From assembly GCA_964460545.1 (NCBI GenBank), contig CAYWUT010000001.1, forward strand, positions 21,320 to 85,319: a DNA stretch of 64,000 bases. The letters run 5' to 3'. Shown piece after piece: positions 35,056-44,397 of this stretch (its first letter is position 1; each line of letters opens with the position of its first letter). Source of the stretch: an uncultured Spirochaetota bacterium (GTDB taxonomy: Bacteria > Spirochaetota > B62-G9 > DRHN01). The translations under genes were made by a program, and so were the position numbers. The notes under the pieces are model-generated. The model searched no databases and was not told the DNA's origin. It worked only from the letters and a program-made list of their open reading frames with translations.

Positions 35056-36760
35056 GAGAAAGTCTTTTCTGGGGCTCAGGTTCGGCGAGATCCTTCTGCG
35101 AATGGGAAGAATCGACGAAGAGGATCTGGAGTCACTGATCGCCGCACGGAAAAACGTGCGTACCCGGATCGGCGAATTCCTGCTCCAGCGGGGAGTCATA
35201 TCCGAAGACGACGTGCTCCGCACCCTCTCCGCGCAGCTCGGAATAGAGTACAGGGAGGACCTCCTCCTTCGGCACTCCGTCGTCATCGCGGAAAACCTGC
35301 CCAGACACTATATCAAGAAATACAACGTCCTCATCCTGAGCGATTCCGGAGATTTCGTGGAGGTCGCGATAAACGACCCCTTCCAGTTCGATGTGGTCGA
35401 GAATATCAGGGTGCTGACCGGCAAGGACGTGCAGCTCGTCCTCGGCAAGAAGCTCGATATAATGAAGCTCTCGGATATGCTCGCCGGCGAGGACGGTGAG
35501 AGCGCCGACCAGGTCATAGAGGACATGATGGGCGGGGAGGGGGGCATCGAGATACTGGGCGAGATAAACGAGACCGGAGAGGACATGCTCGACCTCGCCA
35601 ATGAAGCGCCCATAATCAAGCTCGTCAACCTCATGATAACCGAGGCCCTCAAATCCCGGGCCAGCGACGTTCACGTGGAGCCGAGCGAAGAGGGGATAGC
35701 GGTTCGGTACCGTATCGACGGTGTCCTCTACAACGTGCTCTCCCCACCGAAGAAATATCAGCAGGCCATCGTTTCGAGAATCAAGATCATGTCCAATCTC
35801 AACATAGCGGAGAACCGGCTTCCACAGGACGGCCGCATAAAGGTCAAGTACGGCACGTCAGACGTGGACATACGCGTTTCCATAGTCCCCTCTGTGGTGG
35901 GCGAGCGCGTCGTCATGCGGCTTCTCGTCAAGGACGAGCGGCGCTTCAACCTGGACAAGCTCGGCATGCGCGAGGACCTCGTGGAGTCGATGCGCTCCCT
36001 GCTCGGATCGCCGAGCGGCATCATCATCGTATCCGGTCCGACGGGAAGCGGAAAGACAACCACGCTCTACGCCGCGATCCGCGAGATCAACACGCCCGAG
36101 CGGAACATCATTACGATCGAGGACCCGGTGGAATACCGGATACAGGGCATCAGCCAGATACAGGTCAACAGCAAGATAAACCTGACCTTCGCGAACGGGC
36201 TCAGGTCCATACTGAGGCAGGACCCCGAGGTGATCATGGTGGGCGAGATACGCGACCGCGAAACCTCGGAAATAGCGATACAGGCCTCGATGACGGGGCA
36301 CCTCGTTTTCTCAACGGTGCACACGAACGACGCGGCCAGCGGAATCGTCCGCCTCATCGACATGGGCATCGAGCCCTATCTCATCGCCTCCACCGTTATC
36401 TGCTTCCTCTCGCAGCGGCTCGTCCGCGTGCTCTGCCCCCACTGCCGCGAGCCGGTCCGGATCGATCCCGAGGTGCTCCGCAGGGAGAATATCGATCCCG
36501 ACAGATTCGAGAAGGATGTGTTCAAACCCGTGGGGTGCACCAAGTGCCAGAACACCGGGTACCACGACCGGGTCGGCATATACGAGATAATCAGGTTGAA
36601 CGACGAGGTACGGCGCATGATCGTCGAAAAGCTCGACGCCGCCACCATCAGGGACCGCTGCATCGAGGCGGGCATGCGCACCATGATGGACGACGGCATC
36701 CAGAAGGTGCTGGACGGCGTCACATCGCTCGAGGAAGTAGTGCGGGTCATCAGGGAATAA
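35036..36760 (+). CDS. gspE: type II secretion / type IV pilus assembly ATPase GspE (MshE-like) with N-terminal MshEN repeats
   Basis: Walker A GPTGSGKTT, Asp box, His box, and tetracysteine CPHC...CTKC. N-terminal T2SE_Nter repeats (LRFGEILLRMGRIDEEDLESLIAARKN; RIGEFLLQRGVISEDDVLRTLSAQLG). Its start overlaps the gspD end by 20 bp. Confidence 0.88.
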   Translation: MKKTETERKSFLGLRFGEILLRMGRIDEEDLESLIAARKNVRTRIGEFLLQRGVISEDDVLRTLSAQLGIEYREDLLLRHSVVIAENLPRHYIKKYNVLILSDSGDFVEVAINDPFQFDVVENIRVLTGKDVQLVLGKKLDIMKLSDMLAGEDGESADQVIEDMMGGEGGIEILGEINETGEDMLDLANEAPIIKLVNLMITEALKSRASDVHVEPSEEGIAVRYRIDGVLYNVLSPPKKYQQAIVSRIKIMSNLNIAENRLPQDGRIKVKYGTSDVDIRVSIVPSVVGERVVMRLLVKDERRFNLDKLGMREDLVESMRSLLGSPSGIIIVSGPTGSGKTTTLYAAIREINTPERNIITIEDPVEYRIQGISQIQVNSKINLTFANGLRSILRQDPEVIMVGEIRDRETSEIAIQASMTGHLVFSTVHTNDAASGIVRLIDMGIEPYLIASTVICFLSQRLVRVLCPHCREPVRIDPEVLRRENIDPDRFEKDVFKPVGCTKCQNTGYHDRVGIYEIIRLNDEVRRMIVEKLDAATIRDRCIEAGMRTMMDDGIQKVLDGVTSLEEVVRVIRE

Positions 36761-36969
36761 AGACCTCATTCCGCTTCTATTCTTTTCTCCGGTATAATAA
36801 AGCAAAAGAGGATAAGGCACTTTTTCACGGGAAAACCATAATCGCCGCTCATTTGATTCGGTTGTTGGATCGACCCGGGACAATTCATCTACATTATTCA
36901 AATATATCCCTCATCAGCTATACATCCGGTAAGGCATCCTTGATGAAACCATTTCAAGGAGGCTACAAG

Positions 36970-37507
36970 ATGAGACCGGCACGATTTGCGTCAATCATGA
37001 TTCTTATGGTAACAGCATCGATTATGGCTGAAGGTTGTGCAACTAAAAAGGCAATTACTCATGATGATGCGTCCAACAGATTGATTGGAAAATGGGTAAA
37101 TACTGACAATCCCGATTCCGGAACTTATGTGGTCCTTACACAAGATGCGTCAGATACTGCGGATTTTTTCTCATCCTTAAAAATTGATATTAACATCAAA
37201 AAAAATATGGCAAGTCCATCATTCGGCTGATGATCCGCTTGCAGCCGGTTACGGAACATATACTATAAGAAAATGCTGGGTAGACTTAAAAGAAAATACA
37301 TTCTGTCAGGCTCTGCTGCAATTTGTAAGTGGGAGCAGATTTTATACGTTATTTCAGCTAGATTCATCTAATGCTATTCTTGAATGCAACTGGTATTATG
37401 GTGGGGAAGAAAGATATCCGGAAAAAATCATTGGGCATGATGTTATCATAGAAGATTTTAGATCGTCTGATGTATCACTTTATTATAATATCTACTACGG
37501 AAGGTAA
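36970..37507 (+). pseudogene. AT-rich lipoprotein gene, frameshifted at an A8 homopolymer (two ORF fragments 36970..37230 and 37184..37507)
   Basis: RBS AAGGAGG, then ATG 36970 and a lipoprotein-type signal MRPARFASIMILMVTASIMAEGC. The reading frame switches at CATCAAAAAAAATATGG (about 37196..37212); the downstream fragment continues in a different frame, which would give a single ~180-aa protein. Low GC relative to the flanks. Confidence 0.45.
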
Positions 37508-37563
37508 AAAGCCACGCCCGCTGAAGAGGAGCGTTCCGCCCCCGGGAAAATCCCTCTGACTTC

Positions 37564-37600
37564 TTGACTCAAATATGTTACACGTGTATTATACGTGTAA
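37564..37600 (+). promoter_or_regulatory. sigma70-like promoter TTGACT-17-TATTAT with inverted repeat TTACACGT...ACGTGTAA flanking the -10 (putative TA operator)
   Basis: -35 at 37564..37569 and -10 at 37587..37592 with exact 17-bp spacing. Inverted-repeat arms at 37578..37585 and 37593..37600. RBS AGGAGG at 37605..37610. Confidence 0.5.
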
Positions 37601-37619
37601 ATAGCAGGAGGTGTGCGTG

Positions 37620-37850
37620 ATGCAAAAAAAACTCACCGTTACCATAGACGAGGAAGTCTATAACGGTTTACGGACCGTCATCGGTCCGCGGAAAATCAGC
37701 CGGTTCATCGAAGAGTTGGTCCGCCCGCATGTTGTCAAGAAGAATATGTATGCTGCCTATAAAGAGATGGCTGCTGATAAGGTCAGGGAATCCGAAGCCC
37801 TTGAGTGGGCCGAAGGTACGGTTGGAGATGTAAGTGATGAAAAGAGGTGA
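37620..37850 (+). CDS. type II antitoxin (MazE/PemI-like partner of downstream PemK/MazF toxin)
   Basis: 76-aa ORF ([33 protein letters not shown]...) immediately upstream of, and overlapping, the toxin gene. An autoregulatory-type promoter/operator lies upstream. Confidence 0.6.
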   Translation: MQKKLTVTIDEEVYNGLRTVIGPRKISRFIEELVRPHVVKKNMYAAYKEMAADKVRESEALEWAEGTVGDVSDEKR

Positions 37851-38157
37851 AATATGGTGGGTCAATTTTGATACTTCCGTCGGTGGTGAAATCCGTAAAC
37901 AGCGACCTGCCGTCATTGTAAGTAATGATGCCGCCAACCAGTACCTTAACAGAGTCCAAGTCGTACCCCTGACGAGTAGCGTCGGCAAACTCTACCCAAG
38001 CGAATCATACGTAACATTTCGTGGAAAAAAGACCAAGGCTATGTCCGATCAGATTACAACGGTGAGTAAAAAGCGGCTCATCAATCAAGCAGGATCGTTG
38101 TCCACTACCGATATGGAGGGTATAGGCCAGGCTATAACTGTCCAACTGGATCTTTAA
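37834..38157 (+). CDS. mazF: PemK/MazF-family endoribonuclease toxin
   Basis: Canonical N-terminus [33 protein letters not shown]. 107 aa. Its start overlaps the antitoxin stop (GTGATGA). Confidence 0.8.
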   Translation: MMKRGEIWWVNFDTSVGGEIRKQRPAVIVSNDAANQYLNRVQVVPLTSSVGKLYPSESYVTFRGKKTKAMSDQITTVSKKRLINQAGSLSTTDMEGIGQAITVQLDL

Positions 38158-38456
38158 GGCGGAACAAGCTGTGCGGAGTGGTTTGTCAACCGTAAAATAT
38201 GATGAAACACCATGAGCCGTTGTTAACCGGCGACGAATTTGTTATTAGGGTGAACTTAGATTTTTTCTTTTATACCACTGGGTAGTCATTAAACATGATA
38301 ATCATTTCTATTTTATTTCATTAATTATTGAAGTTCACCTGCAATAGCGTATCTTATATATGTGAAAGCTTCCCATTATATATATTTCTTAAAACTCGAA
38401 ATTCGCTCTATTAATATGTGAGAAGTCTAAAAGAAAATCGAAGGATATAGGGAATA

Positions 38457-39668
38457 ATGGCGGTCTTCGACTACAGGGCGATAACGGGGGGCGGCAAGCA
38501 GGTGAAGGGGATGCTGGATGCCTCGTCCCTGGAGAGCGCCCGGGAGCGGCTCAGGAGCCGCGGTCTCTTCATACAGTCCCTCACTGAGATGACCAAATCC
38601 GGGTCGGGGGGCCTGGGCCGATCCTTCTCGTTCAGGCGCAAGAGCACGGTCACGACCCAGATCACCCGCCAGCTCGGTTTCCTCCTGAGCGCCCACATCC
38701 CGGTCGTATCCGCGCTTGACGGCGTCATAGACCAGGCCGAGGATGAAAAGACGAAAAAGATGATGATAGACATAAAGGAAAAGATGAAAGAGGGGAAGAG
38801 CGTATCCCAGGCCTTCTCCGATTACCCGGACTATTTCAACAACATGTACGTGAACACGCTGAAGGCGGGCGAGGCGTCCGGCAGGCTCGAGTCCGTTTTC
38901 AAGCGGCTGTCCGAAATGTACGAGCGAAACCAGGCGCTCGTGTCGAAGCTCAGGTCCACCCTTACCTATCCGGCGGTGCTTCTCCTCTTCTCTGTCGTCG
39001 TCATCGTGTTTCTCGTCTCCTTTATCGTTCCCACGTTCGCGAAGCTCTTCGAGGATTTCGGACAGGCCCTCCCCCTTCCCACGAGGGTCCTCATAGGCCT
39101 GTCACAGGCGTTTTCCGCGGGATGGTGGATCATCCTCATCGTTCTGGTGTTTCTCTTCTTATTGGGAAGGAGGATCTACCGCGGAGAACGGGGGCGTGTC
39201 TACCTAGACGGGCTCGTCTTCAAAATACCGGTGGTAAAAAACCTCGTGCTCGATACGTTCAGGATACGCTTCTCCTTTACCATGAGCCTCATGCTCGGGA
39301 ACGGCGTGGGAATAATCGAATCCCTCCAGAATACCGGGCATGTATTCAGAAACAGGCTGTTCACGAACGCAATCGCAGACGCGATTACGAAAGTGAAAAA
39401 AGGTGCGAAACTATCAAAAGCGCTTTCATCGAACGAGGTCTTCAACGCGTCCCTGCTCGGAATGATCCATGCAGGCGAGATGAGCGACCGGGTCTCCGAA
39501 GTGCTTCAAACGATCGGCGACAACCTCGAAATCGATCTCGAGGAACGCATCGGGATACTGACCTCTCTCGTGGAACCCGTCATGCTGCTCGTGATAGGAA
39601 TCATCGTGGGCTTTGCGGTTCTTTCCATTATGCTGCCCATCTTTCAGATAAACCAGATATTCGGCTGA
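38457..39668 (+). CDS. gspF: type II secretion system inner-membrane platform protein GspF (PilC family)
   Basis: Two GspF-type repeats, TM segments, and a typical N-terminus MAVFDYRAITGGGKQVKGMLDASSLESARERLRSRGLFI. 403 aa. Confidence 0.85.
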   Translation: MAVFDYRAITGGGKQVKGMLDASSLESARERLRSRGLFIQSLTEMTKSGSGGLGRSFSFRRKSTVTTQITRQLGFLLSAHIPVVSALDGVIDQAEDEKTKKMMIDIKEKMKEGKSVSQAFSDYPDYFNNMYVNTLKAGEASGRLESVFKRLSEMYERNQALVSKLRSTLTYPAVLLLFSVVVIVFLVSFIVPTFAKLFEDFGQALPLPTRVLIGLSQAFSAGWWIILIVLVFLFLLGRRIYRGERGRVYLDGLVFKIPVVKNLVLDTFRIRFSFTMSLMLGNGVGIIESLQNTGHVFRNRLFTNAIADAITKVKKGAKLSKALSSNEVFNASLLGMIHAGEMSDRVSEVLQTIGDNLEIDLEERIGILTSLVEPVMLLVIGIIVGFAVLSIMLPIFQINQIFG

Positions 39669-39697
39669 GGGGGATACACCGGCCGTACGGAGGAGAA

Positions 39698-40603
39698 ATG
39701 AACATACCGTTCGTCAAGATGCAGGGGGCGGGAAACGACTACATTTACCTCGACCTCGTGAAAGAGGAAATCGAACTCGACTTCGCCTCCCTTGCCGCGG
39801 ATATTTCCGACCGGCACTTCGGAGTCGGGGGCGACGGGCTCGTCCTCATCATGAGAAGCGGGGAAGCCGATTTCCGCATGCGGATGTTCAACGCGGACGG
39901 AAGCGAGGCCGAGATGTGCGGCAACGCGGTGCGATGCGTGGGGAAATACGTATACGATTCAGGGTATACCTCCTCAGACACCATCTCCGTACAGACACTC
40001 GCAGGCATAAAACACCTCACCGTTGTCCAAAAAGGCGATGACGCATACATGCACGGCGCATCAATGCTCACGGTCGATATGGGTGAGCCCGTTCTCGACG
40101 GAAAATCCATTCCCGTGAACGTGGATGAAAATCCCGTGCTCGACCTGGAAGTCGAGGGATTCACCGGTACCGCCGTCAGTATGGGCAACCCGCACTTCGT
40201 GATTTTTGTCGACCGGGTAACGGACGATCTCGTTCTGAATCACGGACCCCGAATTGAAGTTGCTCCGGTTTTCCCCAGGAAAGTCAACGTCGAATTCGTT
40301 CAGGTCCTGGATTCCGGCAGCACGGTTCTCCGCGTCTGGGAACGCGGCTCCGGCGAGACGCTGGCATGCGGAACGGGCGCCTGCGCGAGCGTGGTTGCGG
40401 GCGTACTCAACGGGTTCCATTCGAGGGAAGTGTCCGTCAGTCTCCTAGGGGGCGTGCTCCGCATAGCGTGGAATGAAAAAAACAACCGCGTATATTTAAC
40501 GGGACCGGCCGTGGAGGTGTTTCGCGGCACCTTCAATGTACCACGATCCTGTTCTTGCCGTCCTTTTTCGCCCGGTAGAGCGAATCATCCGCCAGCTTCA
40601 TGA
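39698..40603 (+). CDS. dapF: diaminopimelate epimerase
   Basis: Begins MNIPFVKMQGAGNDYIYLD (GNDF/Y motif). Catalytic cysteines MCGNAVRC and LACGTGACA, plus SMGNPHFV. RBS GGAGGA at 39689. The 3' ~70 bp overlap the convergent GGDEF gene. Confidence 0.85.
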   Translation: MNIPFVKMQGAGNDYIYLDLVKEEIELDFASLAADISDRHFGVGGDGLVLIMRSGEADFRMRMFNADGSEAEMCGNAVRCVGKYVYDSGYTSSDTISVQTLAGIKHLTVVQKGDDAYMHGASMLTVDMGEPVLDGKSIPVNVDENPVLDLEVEGFTGTAVSMGNPHFVIFVDRVTDDLVLNHGPRIEVAPVFPRKVNVEFVQVLDSGSTVLRVWERGSGETLACGTGACASVVAGVLNGFHSREVSVSLLGGVLRIAWNEKNNRVYLTGPAVEVFRGTFNVPRSCSCRPFSPGRANHPPAS

Positions 40604-41960
40604 GCTCGTCCATGCTCTTCGTATCCACGGGATATCCGGCGATACCGATGCTGAGCGTCACAGCGATGACCTGTTTTTCAGACGGAACCCTGATCTCCCT
40701 CCCTGAGAAGAGGTCCAGGAGCCTGCGCGCTATCTTCAGGGCCCGCTTTTTTGGGGTTTTCGGAAGTACGATTATGAACTCGTCCCCGCCGTACCGTGCG
40801 GGTATATCGGAGGAACGGACGGAGAGACTCACACTCCTGGCCAGCTCTCTCAGAACAAGGTCGCCCACCTGATGGCCGTAGGTATCGTTGACGATCTTGA
40901 AGTCATCAATATCGAGCATGATGCATGAAAGATGCTCATCGTAACGCCTGGCCTTCTCTATCTCCAGCCGCAATGTCTCCACGAAATGTCTGAAGTTGTA
41001 GAGGCCGGTCATGGAGTCCCGCATGGAGAGGTCCTTGACCTTTTCGTAGAGGATCGTGTTGTGTATCGAAACGGCCAGATGCTTGGATATGCGGACGATT
41101 CGGCCCTCGAAATCGATATGCTCCATTTCCTCAAGACCGGGATCGTTCACATTCAAGACACCGATGGTTTTATCCGCCGATATGAGCGGTACGACACACA
41201 CTTCATTGCTCTTGTACTTTTCCCGCTTTCCCTTCCTGTACCGGGAAGCGCTGAAATCATCAATAAAGAGGGGTTTCTTCGTTTTTAATACCTCGTACAT
41301 GACGCTCTTCTTGTCGATCGGTACAACGAAATTCTGGGGCATATCCTTATGGTTGGAAACGAAGAGCCTGAATTCACGCTCGCCCTCGTCAATGGTAAAA
41401 ATGGTGAAGAGACGGGCTCCGAGAAAAGTTGAAAAACTTTCACCGATAAATGCTTTTTTTAGCTCCGCGTCGAGAAACTGGTTCAGGTCCTGGGTGAAAT
41501 CGGCCTCCTGTGCGAGCATTTCCCTGTTTAGGGAAGCCGAGTCCATAAGCCGGACGAGCTCTTCACCCTTCAGCCGAAGCTCTTCCTCCTCCTCCTTCAG
41601 CTTGAGCATGGAATCGATCTTGGCCGTAAGCACCCGGTAATCGAGGGGCTTCTCCATGAAATCGTTCGCGCCGCACTTGATCGCCCGTATCACGTCCTCA
41701 TCGCGCCGCGAAACGGACAGCGCGATGATCGGAAGACCCGCATGCGGTCCGCCACGCAATTTCTCGCAGACCTCGAAGCCGCTCGTATCTTTCAGCACTA
41801 AATCAACGAGTACGAGACTGATATTATTCCGGGAAAGCAGGGAAAAGGCCTCGGCATCGTCACCCGAGACAAACACCCCGTATCCCCCCTCCTCGAGGTT
41901 CTTTTTGAGGATATTTCGCATGTCGAGGTCATCATCGATGACGAGAATGTTCTTCTTCAT
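40533..41960 (-). CDS. response regulator with REC-GAF-GGDEF architecture (diguanylate cyclase)
   Basis: REC (VIDDDLDMRNIL...LVLVDLVL..SGFEV), central GAF-like region, and GGDEF domain with intact RYGGDEF and upstream RxxD-type I-site context. Confidence 0.8.
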   Translation of the reverse strand: MKKNILVIDDDLDMRNILKKNLEEGGYGVFVSGDDAEAFSLLSRNNISLVLVDLVLKDTSGFEVCEKLRGGPHAGLPIIALSVSRRDEDVIRAIKCGANDFMEKPLDYRVLTAKIDSMLKLKEEEEELRLKGEELVRLMDSASLNREMLAQEADFTQDLNQFLDAELKKAFIGESFSTFLGARLFTIFTIDEGEREFRLFVSNHKDMPQNFVVPIDKKSVMYEVLKTKKPLFIDDFSASRYRKGKREKYKSNEVCVVPLISADKTIGVLNVNDPGLEEMEHIDFEGRIVRISKHLAVSIHNTILYEKVKDLSMRDSMTGLYNFRHFVETLRLEIEKARRYDEHLSCIMLDIDDFKIVNDTYGHQVGDLVLRELARSVSLSVRSSDIPARYGGDEFIIVLPKTPKKRALKIARRLLDLFSGREIRVPSEKQVIAVTLSIGIAGYPVDTKSMDELMKLADDSLYRAKKDGKNRIVVH

Positions 41961-41988
41961 TTATTCCTTCTTATCGTCAGGTTTATGT

Positions 41989-43272
41989 CTATAGAAAGTC
42001 CTGAACCGTAACCCCGCTGACGCTTTCCTCGGAATGCGCCATTATATAGGAAACAGCCGCGTTACCGGTTACGTTTACAACGTTCTCGATCTGGAAGATT
42101 ATGGCCGTAACTCCCAGCAGGATCGTGTATCCCTCGGCCGGCAGCTTGATGACGTAGGAGAGCACAACGGAGAGGAGCACGAGGCTGCCCTCGGGTAATC
42201 CGTCAAGCTTCAAGGTAGAAACGGTGATCAGCAGAACGACGATTATCTGCAGGTAGACGGAGAGGTCGAGCCCGTATGCCTGGGACACGAAAAGGGTCGT
42301 AACTCCCGCCGCGACCGCGCTCCCCGAAAGACTGAGCGCGGTACCGAGACCCGCAGTCAGGCTGAAAACCTCCCTGTCCGCGCCGAGGTTATTCTCCACG
42401 CACTCGACCAGCGTCGGATAGGCCGTATACCGATTTCCCGCGCAGTAGGCGATGATGGCGGCCGGAAGGACCGCGTGTATGAATTTAAAGGGATTGAGCT
42501 TGGTCAGAAAATAGACGAGGAGCGACTGCACGATAAAGACCTGTATTATGGAGCCCGCGGCAATAACGAGGATGAGTTTCAGGAAGGGTAGAATCTGTCC
42601 GAATGTGGAGGATCCAATAGCTGCCCCTATGGATGCGAATATTCCGATGGGAAGAAACTCGAGAACGGTGATAGCCAGGCGATGGAGCGTGTCGTCTATA
42701 CTGACCAGTATGTCAAACAATCCTTCCGCCTTTTCTTTCGCCGCCAGTATACCCATACCCGCGAGAAACCCGGCAAACAGCATGGGAAGGGCCGAAGTGC
42801 TCGATGTGAGCAGCCGGAATACACTGTCGGGCACAATATCGGTGATGAACCGGGCGGTGCCCGGATAATCGATAAGAACGGGAGATTCGAACGCGGAAAC
42901 GGTTATACCGACCCCGGGCTTGAGCACCTCGCCCAGCGTTATACCGATGGCGGCTCCCACAATGGTGAGAACAAGGAAATAACCGATCGACTTTGAAAAA
43001 ACAATGAGAAGGTTCCTGCTCGTTCGCAGATTGATGAACACGCGAATGCTGGTAAAGAAAAGAAGCGGTAGGAAGATGAAGCTGAGCGTCCGCATGAAAA
43101 CCATACCCGCCGTATAGAGTGGAACGATGGCATGCGAGTCGGACCTGAGAAAGCTCCCGATAAGTATACCCGCGACAAGACCGACCGCCATTTTTATCCA
43201 GAGCTTCATCCACCGTACCTCCGCTCCTTGATTTTTGGACATTATCTTAATTGAGGTTGGGGATATTGTCAA
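41989..43272 (-). CDS. dicarboxylate/amino acid:cation symporter (DAACS/GltP family)
   Basis: Multi-TM 427-aa protein with a family-typical hairpin and serine-rich reentrant loop region (GAAIGSSTFG; GLGTALSLSGSAVAAG). Confidence 0.6.
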   Translation of the reverse strand: MTISPTSIKIMSKNQGAEVRWMKLWIKMAVGLVAGILIGSFLRSDSHAIVPLYTAGMVFMRTLSFIFLPLLFFTSIRVFINLRTSRNLLIVFSKSIGYFLVLTIVGAAIGITLGEVLKPGVGITVSAFESPVLIDYPGTARFITDIVPDSVFRLLTSSTSALPMLFAGFLAGMGILAAKEKAEGLFDILVSIDDTLHRLAITVLEFLPIGIFASIGAAIGSSTFGQILPFLKLILVIAAGSIIQVFIVQSLLVYFLTKLNPFKFIHAVLPAAIIAYCAGNRYTAYPTLVECVENNLGADREVFSLTAGLGTALSLSGSAVAAGVTTLFVSQAYGLDLSVYLQIIVVLLITVSTLKLDGLPEGSLVLLSVVLSYVIKLPAEGYTILLGVTAIIFQIENVVNVTGNAAVSYIMAHSEESVSGVTVQDFL

Positions 43273-43320
43273 GGCGGCCCGAAAAATGAAGACCGAAAGG
43301 TGTAAAAAAGGGGCCCGTCG

Positions 43321-44310
43321 TTAAAAATCCAGCCATGCTCGAAAATACGCTCCGCCCTTTTCCAGTGCAACGGCCGATCCGTATGAGTATCCGTTTTCCG
43401 TTATAATGTAGCCGGCACGCCACCGGGCACCCGCCGTTACCATGTAGAGGCTCAGGCCCGCGCCGTAAAAGGAAAGGCCGTCCCCGTTCTCATTAAAAAG
43501 TGCGAGTGATGCTGCGGTGCCGAAGTCTTTCCACGCCCTGTCGAGCTCCAGACCGACCTTGCTTGGAACGCTCCCCTTTTCCCCGTTCAGTGACAATCCC
43601 CCCTCCAACCCCAGGTAACGCACACGCGTCCCCGCGCCGAAGCTCCACCCCTCGCTCTCGGGACGGACTGCCGTTCCGAAGGCGAGTCCGAATATCCCGC
43701 CGAAGAGCTCGCCCGCCGAAAAAGAAAAACCCGCCTTCCCTTCTTCGCTCCCGGATACATAAAATGCCTCATACGCGGACCGCTCCGTACCAAATACGAG
43801 GGAAAGCGCATTGGCGGCATCGGTACCGAACCCGGTCCCGGCAGTCACGCCGACCCCTCCCGATTCCGCATAAACTTTCAGGGGAATCGGATCCACACCG
43901 GATCGGACAAGCGTGCGCTCGTACGCGTGACCCGTTACCTCGTATTTTCCCGTATACAGATTCGTCAATCCGGCGGTCAGCTCGAATCCCACGGGCAGAC
44001 TGAAATAGGAACCCGCATCCGTGGTCAGCTCAAATACGGGAACATGCGCCGCCGTAGAGGCCCCTGTCTTCTCCCCTTCCAGCGTCAGAAGCACCCGGTT
44101 GTACTCGTTCGGGCGCAGGGTAAAGTCCACATACATATCTTCGAACCCGGCATTCCTGCCGCCCTCGGAGTCCTGTATCGCACCAAAATCAACCCGCCCT
44201 CCGGCGTACAGTGACGGACCCTCGACTTCAGGAGGATCCGCGCGGACCGTAACGGGAATTCCGGCTATAAAAACCGCGACACAGCCGATAAGCACCGTCC
44301 ACATCCGCAT
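43321..44310 (-). CDS. outer-membrane beta-barrel porin-like protein (paralog A)
   Basis: Signal peptide; alternating amphipathic beta-strand pattern rich in G/Y/S/A; C-terminal ...AWLDF with a terminal Phe. Paralogous to 45066..46115 (shared EVTGHAYERTLVRS / EVSGHAWERTPVRS). Confidence 0.55.
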   Translation of the reverse strand: MRMWTVLIGCVAVFIAGIPVTVRADPPEVEGPSLYAGGRVDFGAIQDSEGGRNAGFEDMYVDFTLRPNEYNRVLLTLEGEKTGASTAAHVPVFELTTDAGSYFSLPVGFELTAGLTNLYTGKYEVTGHAYERTLVRSGVDPIPLKVYAESGGVGVTAGTGFGTDAANALSLVFGTERSAYEAFYVSGSEEGKAGFSFSAGELFGGIFGLAFGTAVRPESEGWSFGAGTRVRYLGLEGGLSLNGEKGSVPSKVGLELDRAWKDFGTAASLALFNENGDGLSFYGAGLSLYMVTAGARWRAGYIITENGYSYGSAVALEKGGAYFRAWLDF

Positions 44311-44397
44311 GTATGCACCCCGTTCGTACTATTTTTTTGACATCATCCTACCGCTCGGTTATCATTATGTCAATCCCGGCATTGAAAAGGAGATCGT

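Noticed and set aside
39122-39697. N-terminal 190-aa extension of the dapF ORF (493-aa track ORF)
   Set aside because: The extension is Arg-rich low complexity and overlaps gspF in another frame. dapF has an RBS and a conserved MNIPFVKMQGAGNDY start at 39698.
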